From: an uncultured bacterium
GTDB lineage: Bacteria > Schekmanbacteria > GWA2-38-11 > J061
DNA: 10,100 bases
Assembly (NCBI GenBank): GCA_964549305.1
Contig: CAZJVM010000006.1
Coordinates: 1 to 10,100 of the forward strand
Reading direction: 5' to 3'
Shown here: positions 1-7,002 of the stretch, in pieces
Layout: each line of letters begins with the position of its first letter
How positions within the stretch are numbered: position 1 is the first letter of the stretch
The notes under the pieces: generated by a model
The model's input: only the letters and a program-made list of their open reading frames with translations
Database searches by the model: none
What the model was told of the DNA's origin: nothing
Translations under genes and position numbers: made by a program

Positions 1-57
1 GTGTTGAAAACAGGAAATGTTAAGGAAATTTACTTTACTGAATTTGTCGTCCAATAA
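1..57 (+). CDS. fliL: Flagellar basal body-associated protein FliL, 3' end only (truncated by window edge)
   Basis: Not in the ORF track. Frame 1 reads VLKTGNVKEIYFTEFVVQ*, with TAA at 55-57. This matches the characteristic FliL C-terminus (G-x-V-x-x-(V/I)-YFT-(E/D)-F-V-(V/I)-Q), and it lies directly upstream of fliM. Confidence 0.93.
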   Translation: MLKTGNVKEIYFTEFVVQ

Positions 58-64
58 AAAGAAA

Positions 65-71
65 TAAGGAG
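65..71 (+). promoter_or_regulatory. Shine-Dalgarno site for fliM
   Basis: TAAGGAG at 65-71, 7 nt upstream of the TTG start at 79. Confidence 0.8.
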
Positions 72-78
72 ATCTCGT

Positions 79-1092
79 TTGAATCAGATTCTTTCCCAAA
101 ACGAAGTAGATGCACTCCTTCAGGGTATCAAATCAGGCGATTTAAAAACGGAAGAAGCAACAGGAAGTGGCACTGATAATTCATCTTCATTTGATCTTTT
201 AATCAACAATAAAAGAATCAAGGGAAGCTTTCCCGCAATGGATATGGTGCACGAGGTTTTCTGCAGAAAACTGAGATCAACAATGTCGCATCTTTTCGGT
301 AAGATAATCGAAAATATCAGTCTCCGCGATTCCTGCCTGATGAAATACAAAGAGTTTTTAAAAAATATTCAACTTCCTTCAAGCTTTCATATTGTCAGGT
401 TAAATCCTCTGAGGGGATTATCGTTAATAGTAATAGATTCAAAACTGGCATTTTCTTTCATCGAAAGCCTTCTCGGGGGAAAAAATGAAACGGGAGCAGT
501 TATTGAAGGCAGAGAATTTACAAACATCGAACAGGCGCTGGTTAAAAAAATACACAATGACGTCCTAACAGAACTTCAGAAATCCTGGAGCGGAATATAT
601 CCGGTAAAAATCGAGGAAGTAAGCATAGAAACAAACCCTCAGTTCGTTACAATCTGCTTTCCTTCCGATATGGTCATGGTTACATCGATAGATGTGGATA
701 TACTCGGATCGATTGATATCTGTATTCCCTGTTCCATTATTGAACCTCTCAAAGGAAAACTCAATAAAAGCTTTAGCAGCATCCGTACTGATGTGGACCT
801 CACCTGGAGAAGAATGATGCTTAATCAGCTTACTCAGACAAACCTTGAAATAATGGTAGAACTCGGTGAAGCGACTATTACGGGAAAGGAGCTTTTAAAC
901 CTGAAGCCCGGAGATATTATCAATCTAAACAACGGTCCGACAGATGAGTTCAAAGTTTATATCGAAGGAAATGACAAGCTAAAAGGTGTAGCAGGAGCAG
1001 TTAAAGGGAACAAGGCGGCACAATTAACCACGGGATTAAAAAAAAGGAGGAGTTCCAATGGCAGAAGAGCTAAACGCAAAAGAAGCGTCTGA
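79..1092 (+). CDS. fliM: Flagellar motor switch (C-ring) protein FliM
   Basis: 337 aa with a TTG start and good SD. N-terminal ILSQNEVDALL is the CheY-P-binding LSQxE(I/V)DALL motif. The middle domain has EGREFTNIE and ETNPQF. The C-terminal SpoA-like region reads VELGEATITGKELLNLKPGDIINL. Located between fliL and fliN. Confidence 0.97.
   Translation: MNQILSQNEVDALLQGIKSGDLKTEEATGSGTDNSSSFDLLINNKRIKGSFPAMDMVHEVFCRKLRSTMSHLFGKIIENISLRDSCLMKYKEFLKNIQLPSSFHIVRLNPLRGLSLIVIDSKLAFSFIESLLGGKNETGAVIEGREFTNIEQALVKKIHNDVLTELQKSWSGIYPVKIEEVSIETNPQFVTICFPSDMVMVTSIDVDILGSIDICIPCSIIEPLKGKLNKSFSSIRTDVDLTWRRMMLNQLTQTNLEIMVELGEATITGKELLNLKPGDIINLNNGPTDEFKVYIEGNDKLKGVAGAVKGNKAAQLTTGLKKRRSSNGRRAKRKRSV
1045..1052 (+). 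promoter_or_regulatory. Strong Shine-Dalgarno site for fliN, embedded in the fliM 3' end
   Basis: AGGAGGAG at 1045-1052; the AGGAGG core ends 7 nt before the ATG at 1058. Confidence 0.85.
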
Positions 1093-1450
1093 TTACTCGC
1101 TTGAAGAAATAAATGAAAAAGAAGCAAACAGCGCTGCTTCTGAAAATACTGTTGAACCGGAAGCACCGGTAAAAAAGGCTTCTGTAAAAACTTCCGATCT
1201 TGGTTTCATACTGGACATTCCTCTTAAACTTTCAGTTATTTTCGGAAAATCAAAGATGCGGATCAACGACCTTTTGCAACTTGGCCAGGGATCGGTAATC
1301 GAGCTTGACAAGGAAGTGGGAGAACCACTGGAAATATACGCTAACGATAAGCTTCTGGCTTACGGAGAAGTAGTCGTAATCAACGATAAATTCGGAGTTA
1401 AACTTCTTAACATAGTAAGCCCAGAGGAAAGGATATCAAAACTTAAATGA
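1058..1450 (+). CDS. fliN: Flagellar motor switch protein FliN
   Basis: 130 aa. An acidic low-complexity N-terminus is followed by a SpoA domain: ILDIPLKLSV..G...MRINDLLQLGQGSVIELDK..GEPLEIYANDKLLAYGEVVVINDKFGV. There is no CheC-like domain, so this is FliN rather than FliY. Overlaps fliM by 35 nt. Confidence 0.97.
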   Translation: MAEELNAKEASDYSLEEINEKEANSAASENTVEPEAPVKKASVKTSDLGFILDIPLKLSVIFGKSKMRINDLLQLGQGSVIELDKEVGEPLEIYANDKLLAYGEVVVINDKFGVKLLNIVSPEERISKLK

Positions 1451-2022
1451 GGAAGAAAACATTCATAATCCTGATTGCTTTCGCTTTCCTGACACTTTCT
1501 TTATCGGTTTTTGCAGATACTTCGGATGATAATGTTACTTCAGTAAGTGCCACTTCAACAAAAGATATTTCCGGAACCGATTTCTCATTTTCTTCGAAAA
1601 AAAACGAATCTGAGTTCAGAAGTAACTTCATTCAAAGCATAAGCATTTTATCTATTCTCGTCGGATTAATGATAGCGTCAATATTCTTATTCAAGAGAAT
1701 TAAATCAAAGAACGGGAATTTTTCGGGAAATCTTCGGATAGCTTCTAATTGTTATATCGGAAACAATAAAAGAATAAGCATTCTCGAAGCGGATTCGCGC
1801 AGGTTTTTAATAGGCGTCACTTCATCACAGATAAATATCCTTTCAGAGCTTTCTCCGCAGGATAAAATGGAAGATTTGGAAAACAGCGCCACAGGAAAAC
1901 AAAATAAAAGCTTTAAACAATATTTTGAAAACATCGTCTCCCCTTCATCGGGAAAAAATCTCATTTCGAGAATAATTACGGGCAGAGACTCGGGGAAAAT
2001 AGAACTTAAAAAAGCCGACTGA
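1447..2022 (+). CDS. fliO: Flagellar biosynthesis protein FliO/FliZ (FliP chaperone) with N-terminal signal-peptide-like extension
   Basis: 191 aa between fliN and fliP, with an ATGA overlap with fliN. A hydrophobic helix (about residues 61-82) is followed by the FliO-like beta region LRIASNCYIGNNKRISILEADSRRFLIGVTSSQINILSEL. Confidence 0.88.
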   Translation: MRKKTFIILIAFAFLTLSLSVFADTSDDNVTSVSATSTKDISGTDFSFSSKKNESEFRSNFIQSISILSILVGLMIASIFLFKRIKSKNGNFSGNLRIASNCYIGNNKRISILEADSRRFLIGVTSSQINILSELSPQDKMEDLENSATGKQNKSFKQYFENIVSPSSGKNLISRIITGRDSGKIELKKAD

Positions 2023-2026
2023 AACA

Positions 2027-2773
2027 ATGTTAAGAAAAACCTCTTTAATTATATTGATATTAATGCTCCTGCCTGCAATGGCATCGGCAGCGCCCGTTCC
2101 AATTCCTAACATTAATATAGGCATCAATCAGTCCGACAATCCCGCTGACATATCGATGGGAATGAAGATAATCGCCCTTTTGACGGTGCTCTCCCTTGCG
2201 CCTGCAATACTTATTATGCTTACGGGATTTACCCGTCTTATCATTGTTTTTCATTTTTTAAGGCAGGCGTTAGGAACACAACAAATGCCTCCGAATCAGG
2301 TAATTATAGGACTTTCGCTTTTCATAACCTTTTTCATTATGTCTCCCTATTTTATACAAATGAATGACGATGCATTACAGCCTTATCTTCAAAAAAAGAT
2401 TTCTCAGGAAGTTGCCCTTGAAAAAGCTTCCGCTCCTCTCAAGGAGTTTATGGCCAAACAGACAAGAAAAAAAGATATTGCTCTTTTTATGAATCTGTCA
2501 GGTAAAAAGACCCTTACATCCAAAAAAGATATCCCTTTTATGGTAATCGTTCCTTCTTTCATTATAAGCGAGCTTAAAACAGCGTTTCAGATAGGATTTC
2601 TCATATATATACCTTTTTTAATAATCGATATTGTCGTCTCCAGCGTACTTCTTTCAATGGGAATGATGATGCTTCCGCCTATTATGATTTCTCTGCCCTT
2701 CAAAATAGTGCTCTTCGTTCTTGTCGATGGCTGGTACCTGATAGTCGGTTCCCTGCTTAAAAGTTTTAACTAG
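2027..2773 (+). CDS. fliP: Flagellar type III export gate protein FliP
   Basis: 248 aa with an N-terminal signal peptide (..PAMASA|AP). Motifs LTVLSLAPAIL, FTR, LRQALGTQQMPPNQV, SELKTAFQIGF, the Met-gasket MGMMMLPP, and LPFKIVLFVLVDGW. Confidence 0.99.
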   Translation: MLRKTSLIILILMLLPAMASAAPVPIPNINIGINQSDNPADISMGMKIIALLTVLSLAPAILIMLTGFTRLIIVFHFLRQALGTQQMPPNQVIIGLSLFITFFIMSPYFIQMNDDALQPYLQKKISQEVALEKASAPLKEFMAKQTRKKDIALFMNLSGKKTLTSKKDIPFMVIVPSFIISELKTAFQIGFLIYIPFLIIDIVVSSVLLSMGMMMLPPIMISLPFKIVLFVLVDGWYLIVGSLLKSFN

Positions 2774-2781
2774 GAGAAAAA

Positions 2782-3051
2782 ATGAGTCCTGATTTTGTCA
2801 TAAATATTTCTGTGGAATCGTTGAAAACGGCGTTTTTGATTTCAGCACCCATGCTTTTGTTCGGCCTTGTGGCAGGTTTGATCATAAGCATTTTTCAGGC
2901 AGTGACACAGATTAATGAAATGACTCTTGCCATCGTTCCAAAAATAGTTGCCGTGGCAGTGGCGTTGGTTATTTTTGGACCATGGATGATTAGACTAATG
3001 ATTGAATTCACCACAAATCTTTTTATCAATATACCAACGTATATCAAATGA
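2782..3051 (+). CDS. fliQ: Flagellar type III export gate protein FliQ
   Basis: 89 aa, hydrophobic, with motif GLIISIFQAVTQINEMTL..VPKI. SD AGGAG at 2772-2776 overlaps the fliP stop. Confidence 0.98.
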   Translation: MSPDFVINISVESLKTAFLISAPMLLFGLVAGLIISIFQAVTQINEMTLAIVPKIVAVAVALVIFGPWMIRLMIEFTTNLFINIPTYIK

Positions 3052-3830
3052 ATCCATTTTATATAGACACAGACACGGTTCAGGTTTTTCTTGTTATATT
3101 CATAAGGATAGTTGCAATCTTTATCATAACTCCCGTATTCGGTGACAAGTCAGTTCCGGCACTCTTAAAAGCCGGACTTACCGCGACAATTTCCATTGTC
3201 ATATTTCCCATAGTGGGCACTACCGTAAGCAATGTCCTTCCCTTTAACACTCTTATTGATATGGGGCTAATACTTGGGCAGGAGTTTATTATTGGAATAT
3301 CCACCGGATTTATTATCAAACTGATTTTTGCCGCAATAGATTTCTCAGCCCAAATAGCGGGATTTCAAATGGGCTTTGGCATAGTAAACGTGTTTGACCC
3401 TCATTTTGAAGAACAGATGTCAATCATCGCAAAATTTCAGAATATCTTTGCCATGCTCATATTCCTCACATTGAATGCGCATCATTATGTCATTAAGGCA
3501 ATTTGCAAAAGCTTTGAGATTGTTCCTCCGGGGCAAATGAAATTCTCGGCTAAAATAACAAGTTATATGGTCTCAATGGGATCGGAGATATTTTCACTGG
3601 CGCTCAAAATCAGCGCTCCTGTTGTAGCTGCATTGCTGTTGTCAAATATAATATTCGGCATTTTGGTAAGAACCGTTCCTCAGATTAACATATTTATCGT
3701 TACATTCCCGTTGATTATAGGAATAGGACTGGTAGTGCTCGGAATTTCCATGCCTTACGTTTATGAAATATACAAATCGAGCTTTCTATCCATTGATGCC
3801 AATATGCTAAGGATTTTAAGACTTTTTTGA
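3048..3830 (+). CDS. fliR: Flagellar type III export gate protein FliR
   Basis: 260 aa polytopic membrane protein with motifs FIRI....TPVFG, QEFIIG, AGFQMGFG...VFDP, NAHH and RTVPQINIF. ATGA overlap with fliQ. Confidence 0.97.
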   Translation: MNPFYIDTDTVQVFLVIFIRIVAIFIITPVFGDKSVPALLKAGLTATISIVIFPIVGTTVSNVLPFNTLIDMGLILGQEFIIGISTGFIIKLIFAAIDFSAQIAGFQMGFGIVNVFDPHFEEQMSIIAKFQNIFAMLIFLTLNAHHYVIKAICKSFEIVPPGQMKFSAKITSYMVSMGSEIFSLALKISAPVVAALLLSNIIFGILVRTVPQINIFIVTFPLIIGIGLVVLGISMPYVYEIYKSSFLSIDANMLRILRLF

Positions 3831-3848
3831 ATCAGATAAGGACTGATT

Positions 3849-4922
3849 ATGCCAGATAAAGATAAAGACAGGCGAACAGAACCGGCAACTCCAAAAAAGC
3901 GTGAAGAGGCAAGAAAAAAAGGCCAGGTTGCCCAAAGCCCGGAAATCAACACCGTATTGTCACTCTTAAGCTCTTTAACTGTATTTTATTTTCTCGGCAA
4001 CAGCATGATTCTTAGAATGGAAGATTTAATGCGAAACCTCCTCAACTTCTCCGGGCAAAAAGAGATGATAAAAATGGATATGTACAATTACATGTTCTTT
4101 GTAATTAATAAAATAGCCGTTATCTTGATACCCCTTTTTGTGGCAGTAATGTTAAGCGGATTAATATCTCAGCTCGCTCAGGTTGGATTTCTTTACACCT
4201 TTGAGCCGTTGAAACCTACATTCTCCAAAATCAATCCTGTTGAGGGCGCCAAAAAACTCGTTTCAAAAAAAGCTCTCATAAATCTCTTGAAATCTGTATT
4301 GAAAATTGTGGGGCTTGGATTCTGCGCGTTTTTGGCAGTAAAGGGAGAAATTAATACCATTCCGGCATTGATTAATCTCGACGCGGGACAATTGCTTTCC
4401 TACATAGGCGCGATTTCATTCAGAATTATTAAATATACGCTCGGACTTTTCATTATCATCGCCGCATTAGATTACATCTTTGTAAAGCGCGAACATGAAA
4501 AAGACTTGAAGATGACAAAAGAAGAAGTGAAAGAAGAGTTCAAACAGCGCGAAGGTGACCCCCTCGTCAAAGGCAAAATCAGGTCAGTTCAGCGAGAATT
4601 GGCAAAAAAGAGAATGTTGAGCGACGTGCCAAAAGCGGATGTTGTCATAACCAACCCTACAACCCTTGCCGTGGCTATAATATACAACCCGGAAAAATAT
4701 GACGCACCTCAGGTCGTGGCAAAGGGCAAAGGTTATCTTGCCGAGCGAATCAAAGAAGTGGCGAAGAAGAATTCAGTCCCAATAATGGAAAATAAACCTC
4801 TTGCCAGAGCTCTTTTCAAGGTAGTTGAAGTGGGGATGGAAGTACCGCCTTCCCTTTACAAGGCTGTTGCCGAAGTGCTGGCATATATTTTCAGAATAAA
4901 AGGAAAGTTGAGGAATATGTAA
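3849..4922 (+). CDS. flhB: Flagellar export substrate-specificity switch protein FlhB
   Basis: 357 aa. Motifs RTEPATPKKREEARKKGQVAQS, LKMTKEEVKEEFKQREGDP, ADVVITNPT, APQVVAKG, PIMENKPLARAL and YKAVAEVLAY. SD AAGGA at 3838-3842. Confidence 0.99.
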   Translation: MPDKDKDRRTEPATPKKREEARKKGQVAQSPEINTVLSLLSSLTVFYFLGNSMILRMEDLMRNLLNFSGQKEMIKMDMYNYMFFVINKIAVILIPLFVAVMLSGLISQLAQVGFLYTFEPLKPTFSKINPVEGAKKLVSKKALINLLKSVLKIVGLGFCAFLAVKGEINTIPALINLDAGQLLSYIGAISFRIIKYTLGLFIIIAALDYIFVKREHEKDLKMTKEEVKEEFKQREGDPLVKGKIRSVQRELAKKRMLSDVPKADVVITNPTTLAVAIIYNPEKYDAPQVVAKGKGYLAERIKEVAKKNSVPIMENKPLARALFKVVEVGMEVPPSLYKAVAEVLAYIFRIKGKLRNM

Positions 4923-4923
4923 A

Positions 4924-7002
4924 ATGGCAAATGACGCTCAATCGACAATAGGACTTTTACCTAATCTTAAAAAAAGCGACGCCATTATGGGTGTAGGCGT
5001 AATTGCAGTTCTTGCAATTATGATAATACCTCTTCATCCGGCGATTCTCGATGTCCTTCTTGCAACGAATGTAACGGTGGCACTGGTAATCATTTTAATT
5101 TCTATGTACATACTGAATCCTCTGGACTTCTCTCTTTTTCCAAGCTTGCTTCTTGTAACGACACTTTACAGGCTCTCTCTTAACGTTGCATCAACGCGCT
5201 TAATTCTGCTCCACGGAAACGAAGGCGTCGCCGCGGCAGGGAGTGTCATCAAATCTTTCGGAATGTTTCTTGTAGGCGGCAATTATTTTGTAGGATTGGT
5301 AATATTCCTGATCCTGTCCGTTATCAACTTTGTTGTCATAACTAAAGGTTCCGGACGCATAGCGGAAGTTGCCGCAAGATTCACATTGGATTCCATGCCC
5401 GGCAAGCAAATGAGCATCGACGCAGACCTGAATTCCGGGATTATCACTGAAAAGGAAGCCATAAAGAAAAGAGAACAGGTTAATAAAGAATCCGATTTCT
5501 ACGGCGCTATGGACGGTGCAAGTAAATTTGTTAGAGGGGAAGCAATTGCGGGACTCGTTATAATGGGCATAAACATTCTGGGTGGATTGTTGATAGGTAT
5601 AATGCAGAAAAACATGAGTCTTGTGGGCGCGGCAAAATCCTATACAATTCTTACAATCGGTGACGGCCTTGTATCACAAATCCCCGCGCTCATCGTATCA
5701 ACGGCTGCAGGTCTTGTAGTAACCAGGGCCGCATCTGACGAAACACTGGGAGATGATGTAACTAAACAAATTCTTGCCTATCCCAAAGCCGTCGGAATCG
5801 CGGGTCTTATTCTTTTCTCTTTTGGTCTGATTCCGGGACTCCCGCACATACCATTCTTTATATTAGGAATAGCGGGAATAATCGCAAGCCAGTACTTCAG
5901 TTCCATTAAAAAGGATGAGGATGAGGAGATAGTCGAAAGCGCGCCGCAGGAAGAGGCCTTTGAGGAAACATTTGAGTCGCTTCTGACACCTGATATGCTG
6001 GGTCTTGAAGTGGGTTACGGGATAATATCATACATCGACAGTTCTCAGAACGGAGAACTTCTCCAGAGAATCAAATCTATTCGCAGACAAATGGCCCTTG
6101 ATCTTGGAATAATGATTCCCCCAATCCATGTAAAAGACAATCTGAATTTTAAACCGGGGGAATATTCAATTCTTCTCAAAGGAATTGAAATCGGGAAAGG
6201 AGATATGATGATAGGCCACAGCCTTGCCTTATCGGGAGATACAAGCAAGGGCGAAATGGAAGGAATTCCAACAACGGATCCTACATTTTCATTGCCTGCG
6301 CTGTGGATACCCGACAATGAAAAGGAAAGAGCGCAGGTCCTTGGTTACACAGTAGTTGATATTCCTTCGGTAATAGCAACGCATATTACGGAAACTATTA
6401 AAAATTACGGTCACGAGCTTATCGGGCGTCAGGAAGTACAGAAACTCATAGACGGAGTGTCAAAAACACATCCAAAACTAGTAGAAGAGCTTATTCCAAA
6501 CAATCTGTCACTGGGCGGAGTACAGAAAGTTTTACAAAATCTTCTTAAAGAACAAATACCAATCAGGGATCTTGTTTCGATACTTGAATCCCTGGCGGAC
6601 TATTCACCCCTTACAAAGGATACCGATGTACTAACTGAATATGTAAGGCAGGGGCTGTCAAGATACATATCACACAGCTACAGAGACAACAACGGAGAGA
6701 TAAAGGTTGTAATACTCGATACAAATATAGAAGAAACGGTAAGTAACGCGATACAAAACACTTCCCAAGGGTCATACCTTGCCCTTGACCCGGAGTTTAC
6801 ACAGAGTTTTCTTGAAAAGATTTCTCAATCGGTTCAGAAATTCGCCGTGCTAAACCTGCAACCGGTAATATTGTGCTCGCCCATAATAAGATTCCATCTG
6901 AAGCGTTTAACGGAAAAATTCATACCTAATCTGGTGCTGATTTCCCATAACGAACTTACATCAGATACAAAAATTAACAATATAGAAATAGTGAGCATGT
7001 AA
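4924..7002 (+). CDS. flhA: Flagellar export apparatus protein FlhA
   Basis: 692 aa. Motifs FPSLLLVTTLYRLSLNVASTRLIL, the FHIPEP region RIAEVAARFTLDSMPGKQMSIDADL, FYGAMDGASKFVRG, LTIGDGLVSQIPAL and VLQNLLKEQIPIRDL. SD GAGGA at 4910-4914. Confidence 0.99.
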   Translation: MANDAQSTIGLLPNLKKSDAIMGVGVIAVLAIMIIPLHPAILDVLLATNVTVALVIILISMYILNPLDFSLFPSLLLVTTLYRLSLNVASTRLILLHGNEGVAAAGSVIKSFGMFLVGGNYFVGLVIFLILSVINFVVITKGSGRIAEVAARFTLDSMPGKQMSIDADLNSGIITEKEAIKKREQVNKESDFYGAMDGASKFVRGEAIAGLVIMGINILGGLLIGIMQKNMSLVGAAKSYTILTIGDGLVSQIPALIVSTAAGLVVTRAASDETLGDDVTKQILAYPKAVGIAGLILFSFGLIPGLPHIPFFILGIAGIIASQYFSSIKKDEDEEIVESAPQEEAFEETFESLLTPDMLGLEVGYGIISYIDSSQNGELLQRIKSIRRQMALDLGIMIPPIHVKDNLNFKPGEYSILLKGIEIGKGDMMIGHSLALSGDTSKGEMEGIPTTDPTFSLPALWIPDNEKERAQVLGYTVVDIPSVIATHITETIKNYGHELIGRQEVQKLIDGVSKTHPKLVEELIPNNLSLGGVQKVLQNLLKEQIPIRDLVSILESLADYSPLTKDTDVLTEYVRQGLSRYISHSYRDNNGEIKVVILDTNIEETVSNAIQNTSQGSYLALDPEFTQSFLEKISQSVQKFAVLNLQPVILCSPIIRFHLKRLTEKFIPNLVLISHNELTSDTKINNIEIVSM

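Noticed and set aside
168..183. TGGCAC, a sigma-54 -24-like element (also near 5078)
   Set aside because: No TTGC at the -12 position in either case, and both are inside coding sequence.
1058..1450. Possibility that this gene is fliY or an injectisome sctQ, i.e. a non-flagellar T3SS
   Set aside because: It is too short for FliY and lacks a CheC-like domain. The presence of fliL, fliM with a CheY-binding motif, fliO, flhF, flhG and fliA shows the cluster is flagellar.
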